From an uncultured Nitrospiraceae bacterium (lineage in GTDB: Bacteria; Nitrospirota; Nitrospiria; Nitrospirales; Nitrospiraceae), in contig CAVPLT010000002.1 of assembly GCA_963706325.1 (NCBI GenBank), positions 1 to 64,000 on the forward strand: DNA of 64,000 nucleotides, written 5' to 3'. This document shows positions 42,252 to 52,023 of the stretch, in pieces; the first letter of the stretch is position 1; each line of letters opens with the position of its first letter. Both the position numbers and the translations under genes were made by a program. Below the pieces are notes generated by a model. It ran no database searches and was not told the origin of the DNA. It saw only the letters and a program-made list of their open reading frames with translations.

Positions 42252-42536
42252 TCAAAGAGAAGTGCGTACTGTGGATATCGAGGCGGTTACCCAGGATTTG
42301 GTTCAGCACTTCCCAAAGAATACATCGTCAACGGCAGTCCCGCTCGTGCCCATGATCGTCGTTCCCATGTTCCCTCGCTCAGCATCCCCACAGTACGTTG
42401 TAAGCGCTCAAACCCCAGGGTGATCGGCATTCACCAGACTTGCCGCGTGCTCAACGTCCTGCACATGAACTTGACCTAGCCCCGCCAAACTCCTCCAGCC
42501 ATAATAAGGATTCTCCCATCCGAGGAAGGAGAATCG

Positions 42537-42812
42537 ATGAAGAAGAGCCGGTTCACGGAGGAGCAGATTATCGCCATTCTCAAGCCGCTGGAGGCGGGAC
42601 GTACGGTGGTGGAGTTGGGTCGCGAATACGCGGTGAGCGATGCGACACTCTATGCCTGGAAGGCCAAGTACGGGGGGATGACCGTCACGGAGGCGCGTCG
42701 GCTGCGCCAGCTGGAGGAGGAGAATCGGCGCCTGAAGCACTTGGTCGCGGATTTGAGTTTGGATAAAGAAGCGCTCAAGGCGGTGATCACAAAAAACGGC
42801 GGGAGCCTGTAG
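42537..42812 (+). CDS. IS3 transposase OrfA
   Basis: HTH_Tnp_1 pattern, LRQLEEENRRLKHLVADL. Confidence 0.9.
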   Translation: MKKSRFTEEQIIAILKPLEAGRTVVELGREYAVSDATLYAWKAKYGGMTVTEARRLRQLEEENRRLKHLVADLSLDKEALKAVITKNGGSL

Positions 42813-42853
42813 GACGGCGTGCGGAGGGGCACCGGCTCATCGCACAGGTTGGG

Positions 42854-43335
42854 ATGAGTGAACGCCGGGCCTGCAGGCTATTGGGCATGGATCGGACCAG
42901 TTATCGCTACCAGGGGGATGCCACTGACCGGGATCAGCCGTTGCGCGATCACTTGGTGGAGCTGGCGCGGCACCGGCCCCGGTATGGCTATCGACGGCTG
43001 CGGGTCTTGCTTTGTCGGGCGGGCGGGCATTGCAATCACAAGCGGATCTATCGGCTGTACTGTGAAGCGGGCCTGACCGTTCGGTGCAGACGACGGAAAC
43101 GCCTCAGCCGAGCGATGCCACTCTTGCCCAGGCCCTTGCAGAAGCCCAATGAAGAGTGGGCGATGGATTTTATCAGTGATGGTCTGGCCAGTGGGCAAGC
43201 CATTCGGGCGTTGACGGTGCTCGATCACTTTACACGTGAGTGTGTGGCTATTGAAGTGGATACGTCCTTGTCTGGCGAGCGGGTAGCCCGTGTGCTCGGT
43301 CAGGCGGGAGCACGCCGGGGTTGGCCCCAGCGGTT
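42854..43335 (+). pseudogene. IS3 transposase OrfB, C-terminally truncated
   Basis: First DDE Asp (WAMDF) present; DNG and Glu regions missing. Confidence 0.85.
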
Positions 43336-43461
43336 CGACGTGAGGCGGTACAGTACTGCAACCTTCCCAGCGAGCACCATGCTCGCATTCCAGATGCTCC
43401 GAATAATCGTGGTGAAGTCACGACCCTGAATAGGGTCAAAGATTGGACAGTTCGGGAGGCG

Positions 43462-44742
43462 CTATCGTGAAAACGTCGGGAGGAGTCGTTGTCGCAGATG
43501 AGCCTGTCGCTTGAGCCACCACATACGGAGGGCCGTCACGTACAGCACCGAGGGGAGAAAGCCGCTAAGAAGCACGATCCATCGTCCTGTCAGTCCGAAG
43601 GCTTCGCCGTTGTGGAGGGGAAAGAGCCAGGCGACAAAGGTTTCGCCCTTCGTGAAGGTTCGCCAGTCCTGTAGGCGAAGTACGGCTCCGCTATATTGGT
43701 CGATCCAGATTTCGCTTTGCCCCTCGGCTTCGCGTACCTCACCCGGTTGGCGCAGTCCGACCGTAAACACATCTTCCGCGCGGGAAGGAAATCCAATCCA
43801 CATGACCTTGGCATTGGGCAAGGCGCGTTGAGCGATGGCTACGGCCTCCGTCACCGGTAGCCGATCGGCTTCACTGCGAGGAGTGGAATGGGGCTCAGTC
43901 TCCGGCGTCGTATCGCGTAGCGGGGAGAACAGCCTCACCGTGGAGGTCACGAGGCCCGGGAAGATGAGATAGAATCCGGTGCCGGCGAGCATGAGAAGAA
44001 CTAGGGCACCGGAAATCCCACTGAGCTTGTGGAGATCGTACTGGCGTCGGATCGTGCTCGATCCTGGTTTGAAGGAGAACGCGCGGCGCACATTTCCAGT
44101 GGACGGCCACCAGAGATAAATCCCTGTACCCACGGAAAGAAACAAAATGAAGGCTAACACCCCGATGATGGTTTCTCCTGTCTCTTCCAACAGCAACGAT
44201 TTGTGGAGTTCGTAGACGACTGACACAAAGTAGTCGCCCCATTGCCGCTCGCCTAACGCGAGGCCGCTGTAGGGATCGACTGTGACGACTTGCCAGCGTA
44301 ATGTGGAAGAAGTGTCTTTTGGAACTCGAAACCAGGCCTGAAATGTGTCCCGATAATGAAGAGGATAGGTGAGGTTCGCCAAGGTCGGCCATTCGGGATG
44401 TATGGTTTGGGCTGCTGCGACAATGTGTTCAAGCGGAAGAACCGATTCGAGCGGGCGAACCAGCAGTTGTTCAGGATTCAGCCATTCATCGATGGTTTTA
44501 TAGAAGACCAGCAGACTGCCAGTAAGACTGCTCAGCACGAATAGGCCGCCTGCACCCAAGCCAATGTAGAGATGCAGTTTGAGCCAGAACTTTCGCCAGG
44601 TTGCGCGATGAGTTTGCGCCGTCGAGCTGGCAGTACTGGACGGAACGAGAGCTTGCTTTGCCTGAGGCGGAGTGGTTTTCAGACGTTTAATGTGTTCAAC
44701 AATCATCATTGGTATCTGGAGAGAGTGGACATCGTAAGTCAC
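43462..44742 (-). CDS. PepSY-associated TM helix protein (ferric-siderophore reductase-like)
   Basis: KLHLYIGL, LTGSLLVF, VDPYSG, ELH, DLHKLSG, IDQYSG and PLHNGEAFG His motifs. Confidence 0.9.
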   Translation of the reverse strand: MTYDVHSLQIPMMIVEHIKRLKTTPPQAKQALVPSSTASSTAQTHRATWRKFWLKLHLYIGLGAGGLFVLSSLTGSLLVFYKTIDEWLNPEQLLVRPLESVLPLEHIVAAAQTIHPEWPTLANLTYPLHYRDTFQAWFRVPKDTSSTLRWQVVTVDPYSGLALGERQWGDYFVSVVYELHKSLLLEETGETIIGVLAFILFLSVGTGIYLWWPSTGNVRRAFSFKPGSSTIRRQYDLHKLSGISGALVLLMLAGTGFYLIFPGLVTSTVRLFSPLRDTTPETEPHSTPRSEADRLPVTEAVAIAQRALPNAKVMWIGFPSRAEDVFTVGLRQPGEVREAEGQSEIWIDQYSGAVLRLQDWRTFTKGETFVAWLFPLHNGEAFGLTGRWIVLLSGFLPSVLYVTALRMWWLKRQAHLRQRLLPTFSR

Positions 44743-44919
44743 CGGCTCTGTACCCCTGTATACAGAGAGACCCTCATTTATTATTAGACGTATGAGAGCA
44801 GCGAAGTCACACCGATGTACAGGCGATCAGCCTTTTTTCTATACGATGCTTCATGCTGGCCTGACAGGCATCGAGTGCTGAGGGCATGCCGGCATGTGCG
44901 AACGTGAACGGACTGTTGC

Positions 44920-45464
44920 ATGAAGATCGTGATCGTAGGGAATAGCGGAAGCGGCAAGACTTGGTTGGCGAATCCCCTGGCGACGGTCTATTTCGCACCA
45001 ATCGTCCACCTCGATGACCTGTTCTGGGGACCTGGTGGATTCGACAAGCAGCGAAGTCGTGATGAGATCATGTCGCTTATCGAACAAAGCCAATCACGTT
45101 CGACCTGGATAGTGGAAGGAGTCTTTGGTGAATTGGCTGCGGAGTATATCTCGGCGGCGACGGCGTTCGTCTGGCTGGATCTTGATTGGTATGTATGTAA
45201 GGCTCGACTGGAACGGCGAGGGTCTGAAAGCAACACTCATATGGCGAGAGCGCAGTCGCAAGCGGGCTTGGCTCAGCTGATTGAATGGGCGCGCAGTATT
45301 ACAACCGAACGGACAGCCGATCTCGTTATGGTCATGCGACGATGTTTCAGGCCCTTAAGGGAATTTGCATCCGTCTTCAAAGTCAGGCTGCGATTGTTGC
45401 GTTCTTAGATGAGCCAGGTCGCAGAACTCAAGACGGCAGTGATTGGCTGTCAAGGACTGAATGA
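44920..45464 (+). CDS. Adenylate-kinase-like P-loop protein (FlaR/topology-modulation type), frameshift near 45290
   Basis: KIVIVGNSGSGKT, HLDDLFW, WIVEG; alternate-frame tail QYYNRTDSRSRYGH ends at TGA 45462-45464. Confidence 0.75.
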
Positions 45465-45695
45465 ATCAAATGACTATGCGTTGCGTAAGATTTTCCTAAC
45501 AAAAGCGTCCGGGAGCCACCGGCTCAGCCAGCAGTCAATGGATTGAGGTGCCTAGACCTGGGCCCGGCACACTGCCTCGCGGACGGTGAGAGTGCTCTAC
45601 AGCCCGGTCGGAAACCGCTAGGGAGGTGAGGTTTCGTCAATCTCAAACGTCATAGTACTGAAAGGTAATGGCCTTCATCCACTTGTGAGAATGAG

Positions 45696-45872
45696 ATGAG
45701 CGATAAAGCAGACCTGCCTGCATCCGGAAAAGATGTCCGTTGCATCTGTGGCCGAATGACGGCACGACTGGAACCCGAAGGACTGGTGATCAAATGCCAG
45801 CGGTGTGGAAAGTTGGTGGTGATCTCCCTCTCGAAGATCAAAGGTCTAAAGAAATTGCTCAATCTGCCATAA
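45696..45872 (+). CDS. 58-aa Com-like zinc-ribbon microprotein (absent from the ORF track)
   Basis: MSDKADLPASGKDVRCICGRMTARLEPEGLVIKCQRCGKLVVISLSKIKGLKKLLNLP; RCxCG...IKCxRC pattern. Confidence 0.65.
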   Translation: MSDKADLPASGKDVRCICGRMTARLEPEGLVIKCQRCGKLVVISLSKIKGLKKLLNLP

Positions 45873-46034
45873 GCTGTCGATATCGTTGCACCGGGTAATC
45901 GTGAAGGAAGCCAATACCGCGCGGCTCGTCCTTTCCGTTCGACTACCTGATCGCCGTCCTTTATACGCCCGCCTCGAGTCGAGGCCGGCGTAGTGCGTTG
46001 TGCGGGCACCTGCCTTAATAGTTCCGACCCTGTC

Positions 46035-48617
46035 TCAATGGAATTCGAATTTGAGCGACCCGATTACTGTGAACGGCGCTCCGGTGTATACGATCTCGCG
46101 GAAGTTTTGCGCCCCGGTGAAGTAGCGTTGATCGAGCAGATTCGTGAAATTCAGCGCGGCGAGTAGGTTTGTTTTGTTAAACACTTCCTGCTTCCGATAG
46201 TACAAGGCGGCATCCATCCGAACAAAGCCTGGCAGGTCGAAAGGAGCTTGGCAGTTGGCCGGGTCCTGACATTGGAAGATCCCGTTCCGTTTGCCTTGCG
46301 CGTATATGCCGATTCCGGCCCCAAAACCCTTCACGACTCCTTCTTGAAAGAAATACGTGGTCCACAAGCTTCCCTGATGCAGCGCGCTATTCGGCACGCG
46401 GCTATTTTCCTGAAACAGAACATCTTTGGTAACGCGCGCGTCGATGTAAGCGTAGTTCGCAATGATATCCCATCCGGGCAGGATTTTACCGGCAATGTCA
46501 AATTCAACTCCTTTGCTGCGTTGCTCTCCGGTCGCCACAGAGAAAAAGAAGCCATTCAAGGGATCGGACGTCAACACATTTTTTTTGGTGATGTTGAACA
46601 GAGCCACCGTGGACCGTAATCTTCCTTCGAATGCTTGGTACTTGATGCCCCCTTCATAGGACTTTCCACGCTCAGGGTTGAACAGCTTTCCGTCGATACT
46701 TCTGGATCCTGAGCTTTGAGGTGCGAATGACTCCGTGTAGTTGGCGAAGAGTGCGATCGGCTTCCATGGCTGATAGGCCAATCCGATCGATGGACTGAAT
46801 GCGGTATTGGTTTGCGTGTTCTGACTGCTTGTGGGGGTGAAATCATCCGGATTGTTATTGATAGTCTGATCAAACAGATCGAAACGTCCGCCGAAATGCA
46901 TATGCAGGTTCTCAAGAAGATCGACCTGATCGCCGAAATATGCCCCTAGGATATTGTTCGTTTGAGAAGCATCGCTGAACTTCGTGAGGGATGGGTTCAA
47001 AAACAGCTTGTCGTTGGGATAGAAGATATTGATGTAGCTAAACGCTCCTGGTGTAGTGGTATCGCCACCGAAATCACCGGAGGCCGTTGCCGATGAAACC
47101 TCTCGTCCCAGTTCGACGCCCAAAATTGTTTTGTGTTTGATCGAACCCGTCGAAAATATACCGTGTAATTCGTTCTGGAAATAGTGGCTTTGAACCGTCG
47201 TCGGAATTTCATATCTCGCCAGGTTGAGGATTCCCGCGCTTTCTTCTCCGACCAAAAAGTTGGATTCAAGGCTTGAGTATCGAGCGGTTGTGACGGATGC
47301 CCTAAAGGCGCTGCGCCATTTGAACATGTCATTGATCTCGTGCCACAAAGTGAGAGTCGCCTTCCCGTTCTGCGTTTCATTCTTTCTCGTCGGATCGCCT
47401 AAAAATCGACTGACTGGAATAGGCGCCACGCCGTTGCCGATCGCGACTAATCCTCTGTCGATAGGCGACTTGTCATAGAGGTATTCACCTTCCAACCGTA
47501 ATGTGGTGCGTGAGCTGAGTTCCCAGCCGAAGGTCGGCGCGATAAAAATGCGTTCACTCTTAACGCCATCCCGATAACTCTCCGCCGATTCATACATGCC
47601 ATTGAACCGGTAGGTTAACGTTTTGCTGTCGTTCAACGGTCCCCCAATGTCGATCTGAGGTCGATACAGCCCGTAACTGCCGATGAGCATTTCAGCGGAA
47701 TAGTATTGGCTTTTTAACGGAGCTTTCGTGGTTTGATTGATGACACCACCTGGATCGGACCGACCGTAGAGATAGGAGGGGGGGCCTTTGACTACCTCAA
47801 TGCTTTCGATATTGATGATGTCGCGTTGCGCGCGAGAGCTGAACGTGCTGTCGTCCCGAAAGCCGTTCTTAAATACGTTCAGCTCGGAGGCGAACCCGCG
47901 AATCATAAACGTGCCGCCTTGGCCGCCCTGGGTGCTTGACTGGGACGTGCCGCTCACATTTCGAAGCGCATCGCTGAAGCGGATGACCTTTTGATCATCC
48001 AGTACTTGTCTGGTCACCACATCAACAGACCTTGGTGTGTCGTGGATAGGAACGGTAATTCGGGTGGCCGAGGAAGAATCATCGACCGTATAACCACGCT
48101 CCTCAAGATCTTTCACGACAATCTCGGGGACCTTGACCGGTTTTGATGTGGCTTGCATTTGCGTTTTAGGATTGTTGGAAGGTGCGGCGGAAGTTTGGTT
48201 TAGGCCTATTGGCACCGGAAGGGGCACAATCGGGGCGCGTTCCAAAGTCATCGTGCGTGCCTCAGTCAAACGATAGGTCAGTCCGGTGCCAGCCAGCAAT
48301 GAGCTGAGAGCCTATTCGGGTGTGTGACGGCCGGTGATGCCATTGCTGTTCATGCCTTCCGTCATGTCCGAGGTGACGAGCAGGCGGTAGTTCGCCTGAT
48401 CGGCGAAGGAGGTGATCGCCGAGCCCAGGGTCTGAGGCGGACCACTGAATTCAATCGGTTCTGGCTTGTCTGTGACTCCTGTGGCCTGCGCGACGCGAAT
48501 CATCTGGCCAGCGGCCGCATTCGGATACTGTCCATCGCTGAGAGCCCATGTGAAGTCTGCATGAGCAAAGAATGCCAATGCAGAAATTGTCATATACGCA
48601 GACCATGGTCGTTGCAT
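46035..48617 (-). pseudogene. TonB-dependent siderophore receptor with N-terminal STN signalling domain, interrupted by an in-frame TAG at 48312-48314
   Basis: Signal peptide and STN (48312-48617) in frame with plug/barrel ORF 46035-48299 (IRGF, IEVVKGPPSYLYG, NLLDQRYF); junction reads TPE*ALSSLLAGTGL. Confidence 0.85.
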
Positions 48618-48814
48618 TGTTCCCCCTCGATGTCTTGTGGCCCTAAAATTCCTGTTCCTTCGGTCTTAATCAGGAACAAGGTCACATCAGGTATAGACGG
48701 ACGGGGTCAAAAAACTTGTAATGAAAAATATGACAAATGGAGAATTTGACCAAAAAAGCGGAAGGACGGAGCGAGAAATGAGGAGCGCCAGAATATTCGT
48801 TTAACAGATACCAG

Positions 48815-49792
48815 TCAGTGAAGAAGAACCAGATAGGGGGATAGGGCAGTTTCGTGAATAGAGAGCGTCCGATGAATCGTCCGCAGCGCCGCATCCGGAT
48901 CAGCCACGTCAAACACCCCGGTGACCCTCAACGGCCGGAGGGTTGGATTCAAAATAACGATGCGTCCGCGACGATAACGATTGAGCTCGTCGACGACTTC
49001 TTCCAACGGTCTGGCCTCGAAAATGAGTTTGCCTCGCCGCCATGCGATTTCCCTATTCATGTCGACTGCATGCACCTCACCCAAGCCGTGACTGTTGGAA
49101 AAGGACACTTGTTGGCCTTCCTTGATGATGAGGGGTGACGTTGTGGTGCTTTCAGATGTTTCGACCTGGACCGCGTGCTCCAGGACTGTGACCGAATTCC
49201 GGTTTTCTTGGAGGCGCACCGAAAAAATTGTACCAAGCGCGTGGGCGTAAAGTGAGTCGCTACGGACCGTAAAGGGGCGATCTGGATCCCTGGCTACTGT
49301 AAATGCCGCTTCCCCCTGGAGGAGACGGATGTCTCGATTATCATCCGAGAAAGTGACATTGACCGCCGTGCCGGTATTCAACTGAATGGTGCTCCCATCC
49401 TCCAGGGTCACCATGCGTTGCTCCCCCACGGCCGTCTGATAATCTGCGGTCGCCGACCGGATCCACACTCCAATTGATTCCATGAAGAACAGGCCAGTGA
49501 ATAGTACGATGCAGGCTGCGAGAGCCCAGGCAGTTCTATCGGAGCGTTGATGAGATCCTTTGGGCAGAGGGGGGGAACTGCGAGAGGGGAGGTGCCCGAT
49601 ATCTTCCCATATCGACTCAGCCGTCCGATAGGCCCGCTCATGGGTAAGGCTCCGCCTCCGCCATGCGTCACACTCCGCCTGGATACCCTCTGAGACCCGG
49701 CCAGAGTGAATGCGAACCAGCCACTCAAGCGCCTCATCAATGAGGGGATCAGCCGATTTCGAGATGGTGTGAGGTGGGGAATCTTCAGGCAT
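48815..49792 (-). CDS. fecR: FecR family anti-sigma sensor
   Basis: EALEWLV, TAVGEQR-VTLEDGS, GEAAF-VA-DPDRPF, AWRRGKLIF, ELNRY. Confidence 0.92.
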   Translation of the reverse strand: MPEDSPPHTISKSADPLIDEALEWLVRIHSGRVSEGIQAECDAWRRRSLTHERAYRTAESIWEDIGHLPSRSSPPLPKGSHQRSDRTAWALAACIVLFTGLFFMESIGVWIRSATADYQTAVGEQRMVTLEDGSTIQLNTGTAVNVTFSDDNRDIRLLQGEAAFTVARDPDRPFTVRSDSLYAHALGTIFSVRLQENRNSVTVLEHAVQVETSESTTTSPLIIKEGQQVSFSNSHGLGEVHAVDMNREIAWRRGKLIFEARPLEEVVDELNRYRRGRIVILNPTLRPLRVTGVFDVADPDAALRTIHRTLSIHETALSPYLVLLH

Positions 49793-49896
49793 CCGTTATT
49801 CCGTCCTATCAGCGGTGGACTTGTTCGTCGACCGACTAGGGCCTTGCTACCCTATAAGACGGATTGAGGGGCGTTTTCAACAGTTAACGGTTCGCA

Positions 49897-50409
49897 TCAC
49901 GGCTGATCCTGTAGTCTCGATCGACAATGCTTCAAGGCCTGTATGATGTATTTGGCAACCATACTCTCCGATACCCCGAGTTCGTGGGCAATTTCTCTAT
50001 GCGTTTTCCCATCCAATCTGTTGAGTAGTAACGCGCGTCTGCACTTGACGGAGAGCTCCTGCATCGCAGCTTCTAACAGGATCACTCGTTGTTTAGCGTC
50101 CAGTGCGTCTTCGGCGGTTGGGGCCAGACTGGCTGTCTCTTCCTGCAGCGGCTCAATACTCAGTACGCTCCTGCGAGTCCTCACCTTTCGTAAATAGTCG
50201 ATAGACAAATTGGCTGCTACGCGGAAGAGAAACGCTCGGGGGTTCTGAACGGTGATCGTCTGTCCCATGCGCACAAGATGGATATAGGTTTCCTGCGTGC
50301 AATCAGCCGCAAGGTCGCGGCACCCTAACTTGTGCGTAAAGAAACGCAGGAGATCATGGTGATGTTCTTGAAAAGCGGAAAGGCAAGGGAGTGCGTGATC
50401 AGTTTCCAT
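49897..50409 (-). CDS. fecI: FecI-like ECF sigma factor
   Basis: AADCTQETY, PRAFLFRVAANL-ID-R, region 4 HREIAHELGVSESMV-KY. Confidence 0.9.
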   Translation of the reverse strand: METDHALPCLSAFQEHHHDLLRFFTHKLGCRDLAADCTQETYIHLVRMGQTITVQNPRAFLFRVAANLSIDYLRKVRTRRSVLSIEPLQEETASLAPTAEDALDAKQRVILLEAAMQELSVKCRRALLLNRLDGKTHREIAHELGVSESMVAKYIIQALKHCRSRLQDQP

Positions 50410-50418
50410 GTCGAGATC

Positions 50419-51354
50419 CTATTCCAGGCGATAGCCGATGGGAAGTTGTACAACAACGTATGGTTGGCTCAGCGAATGCTTCAGTGATATCGGGGAGGTC
50501 TGCTCTAACAGGTTGATGGCTTCTTGGTCCAGTGTCGAATGTCCAGAGCTCTTTAGGACGGTGATATTTTCTACCCGTCCGTCCTCCATTACGGTGGCCT
50601 GCAGTACAACGTGCCCTTCCCATCGGTGGGTTTTGGCTGTCTGAGGGTATCGTTTGAGCTGTTCCACCTTCGTGAATAACATCTGGGCGAGCCATCCGTA
50701 ATCAGGCTGAAGTGTCTGCGATACGATTGAGTCACGATACTGAGGGAGAGGACGATTCGAGACGCTCAGCGGCTGCTGAACCGAAGGCTCGGAAGCCAAA
50801 AGTGAGTGATTTGATGCGTCGATTTCAGGCGGTGGTATCTCACCTGAAATGGGCTCAGCCACTGGAAACACCGCAGCCAATTCTGGAACCGAGACATTCT
50901 GTTCTTCGCGGGGCGTCAATGGTTCAGGAGAGGCTACCTCTGGAGGATTCTGCATTTCATGCGCCCTCGCGCTTTTGCGGAGTGAGGTGCGCTTTGCTAT
51001 ATGGGCGCGTGGAAGTTCGTGGGATGGCAAGTCTGAAGGCGCCGCCCCTGTCGGGGAGCTGGCGGTAATTATTTTCTGAGACGCGGTCTCTGGCGGATTG
51101 GCCTGCGGGGACCCAGCATCAGGCGTTACTCGACGATGGGCCGATGCGGCAGAGACCGGAGTGGGGAGGTCGGAGCTGAGCCACTCGGGGTGAGAGGCGG
51201 CGACCAGGAAAACCTCCCATTGAAAAGGCTTTTCGCGAGAAAGGATGGAAAATTCTGCCGCAAGGACCATAGCAGTTCCAATGCCCAGGGCATGCAGTAA
51301 TAAGGACAACATCCAGCTCCCTACTGTCGCCAGAGGATCACGATCCACGCTCAT
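50419..51354 (-). CDS. tonB: Second TonB-family energy transducer
   Basis: TM SLLLH, PDYGWL, YPQTAK-EG-V, SSGH-LD; ATG overlaps the araC stop (ATGA). Confidence 0.85.
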   Translation of the reverse strand: MSVDRDPLATVGSWMLSLLLHALGIGTAMVLAAEFSILSREKPFQWEVFLVAASHPEWLSSDLPTPVSAASAHRRVTPDAGSPQANPPETASQKIITASSPTGAAPSDLPSHELPRAHIAKRTSLRKSARAHEMQNPPEVASPEPLTPREEQNVSVPELAAVFPVAEPISGEIPPPEIDASNHSLLASEPSVQQPLSVSNRPLPQYRDSIVSQTLQPDYGWLAQMLFTKVEQLKRYPQTAKTHRWEGHVVLQATVMEDGRVENITVLKSSGHSTLDQEAINLLEQTSPISLKHSLSQPYVVVQLPIGYRLE

Positions 51355-51863
51355 TGAAAACCTAAATGCACAATGTTCTGTTTTCGAAATTCGGAAGGCG
51401 AACATCCCATGGCACGCTTGAAGAAGTGACTGAAAGCGAAGGAATCACTGAAGCCAAGCAGTTCCGCGATATGAGAGAGAGGTAGATCATGATCCATTAA
51501 CATGCCGGTGGCCTTGGTGATGCGTAGATTCTTGACATAATGCGAGAAACACACGCCCATTTGAAGGCGGAAGAATTCCGAACAATACTTTTGCGAATAG
51601 CCAAGGAAGGCAGAGAGATCTTTGAGCGTGACTCGCTCCCCCAGATGCTTGGACAAAAATATTTGTAAGCGATGCTGCATGGTGCCGGGCCCTGGTGATG
51701 GAGAGTCTTGGAGCGGATGTGGCCAGTAGGTATCTACAGAATAAGCCCGAGGCCGAACGATATCTTGTTCGATTCCACACACTGGCAGCACGCATGTGCG
51801 GGCCTGGCTGCAGTTTTCTAAATTATGGCGAGGAGAATCTTGGGCTAGAGCTGGTGCGAGCAT
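51351..51863 (-). CDS. AraC-family regulator (HTH domain with a short Cys-containing N-terminus)
   Basis: LKDLS--LGYS, LRI-KA--ML, IAELLGFSDSFAFSHFFKRAMGCSPSEFR. Confidence 0.85.
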   Translation of the reverse strand: MLAPALAQDSPRHNLENCSQARTCVLPVCGIEQDIVRPRAYSVDTYWPHPLQDSPSPGPGTMQHRLQIFLSKHLGERVTLKDLSAFLGYSQKYCSEFFRLQMGVCFSHYVKNLRITKATGMLMDHDLPLSHIAELLGFSDSFAFSHFFKRAMGCSPSEFRKQNIVHLGFQ

Positions 51864-51891
51864 ATAGTTCTTGCCTCTTTCTTTCGTAATG

Positions 51892-51924
51892 AACAAAAAG
51901 CCCACGATCATGGGACCGTGGGCT
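51892..51924 (-). terminator. Intrinsic terminator in the leader of the araC-tonB-fecI operon
   Basis: Minus strand GCCCACGGUC-CCAU-GAUCGUGGGC followed by UUUUUGUU. Confidence 0.7.
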
Positions 51925-51980
51925 CTGGGAATTGTATTCCTCGGGCCGCTGCTGCTGACGCTGCAGAGACGACTACATTA

Positions 51981-52023
51981 TTGAGTATGGTTCTCAATAT
52001 CACGATGATTCCGAGCTTGTCAA
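51981..52023 (-). promoter_or_regulatory. Sigma70-like promoter with overlapping Fur-box-like palindrome
   Basis: Perfect TTGACA (52018-52023), GATATT/TATTGA -10 candidates, and TTGAGAAC-C-ATACTCAA palindrome (51981-51997). Confidence 0.7.

Larger units (their letters stand above)
42472..43335 (+). mobile_element. Truncated IS3-family element (IS407-like)
   Basis: Left end TGACCTAGCCCC; orfA MKKSRFTEEQII; A-AAA-AAC slippery heptamer near 42790; orfB (RYGYRR, NHKRIYRLY, WAMDF, DHFTREC) breaks off after GWPQR; no matching right IR. Confidence 0.9.

Noticed and set aside
43420..43440. TGAATAGGGTCA as the right inverted repeat of the IS3
   Set aside because: Only the terminal GGTCA matches the left end; it is part of a local GACCCT/AGGGTC hairpin and orfB is already lost upstream
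48312..48314. Programmed amber read-through (pyrrolysine or recoding)
   Set aside because: TAG is used as a normal stop by many genes here (e.g. proA) and no pyl genes are visible; a point mutation or error is simpler
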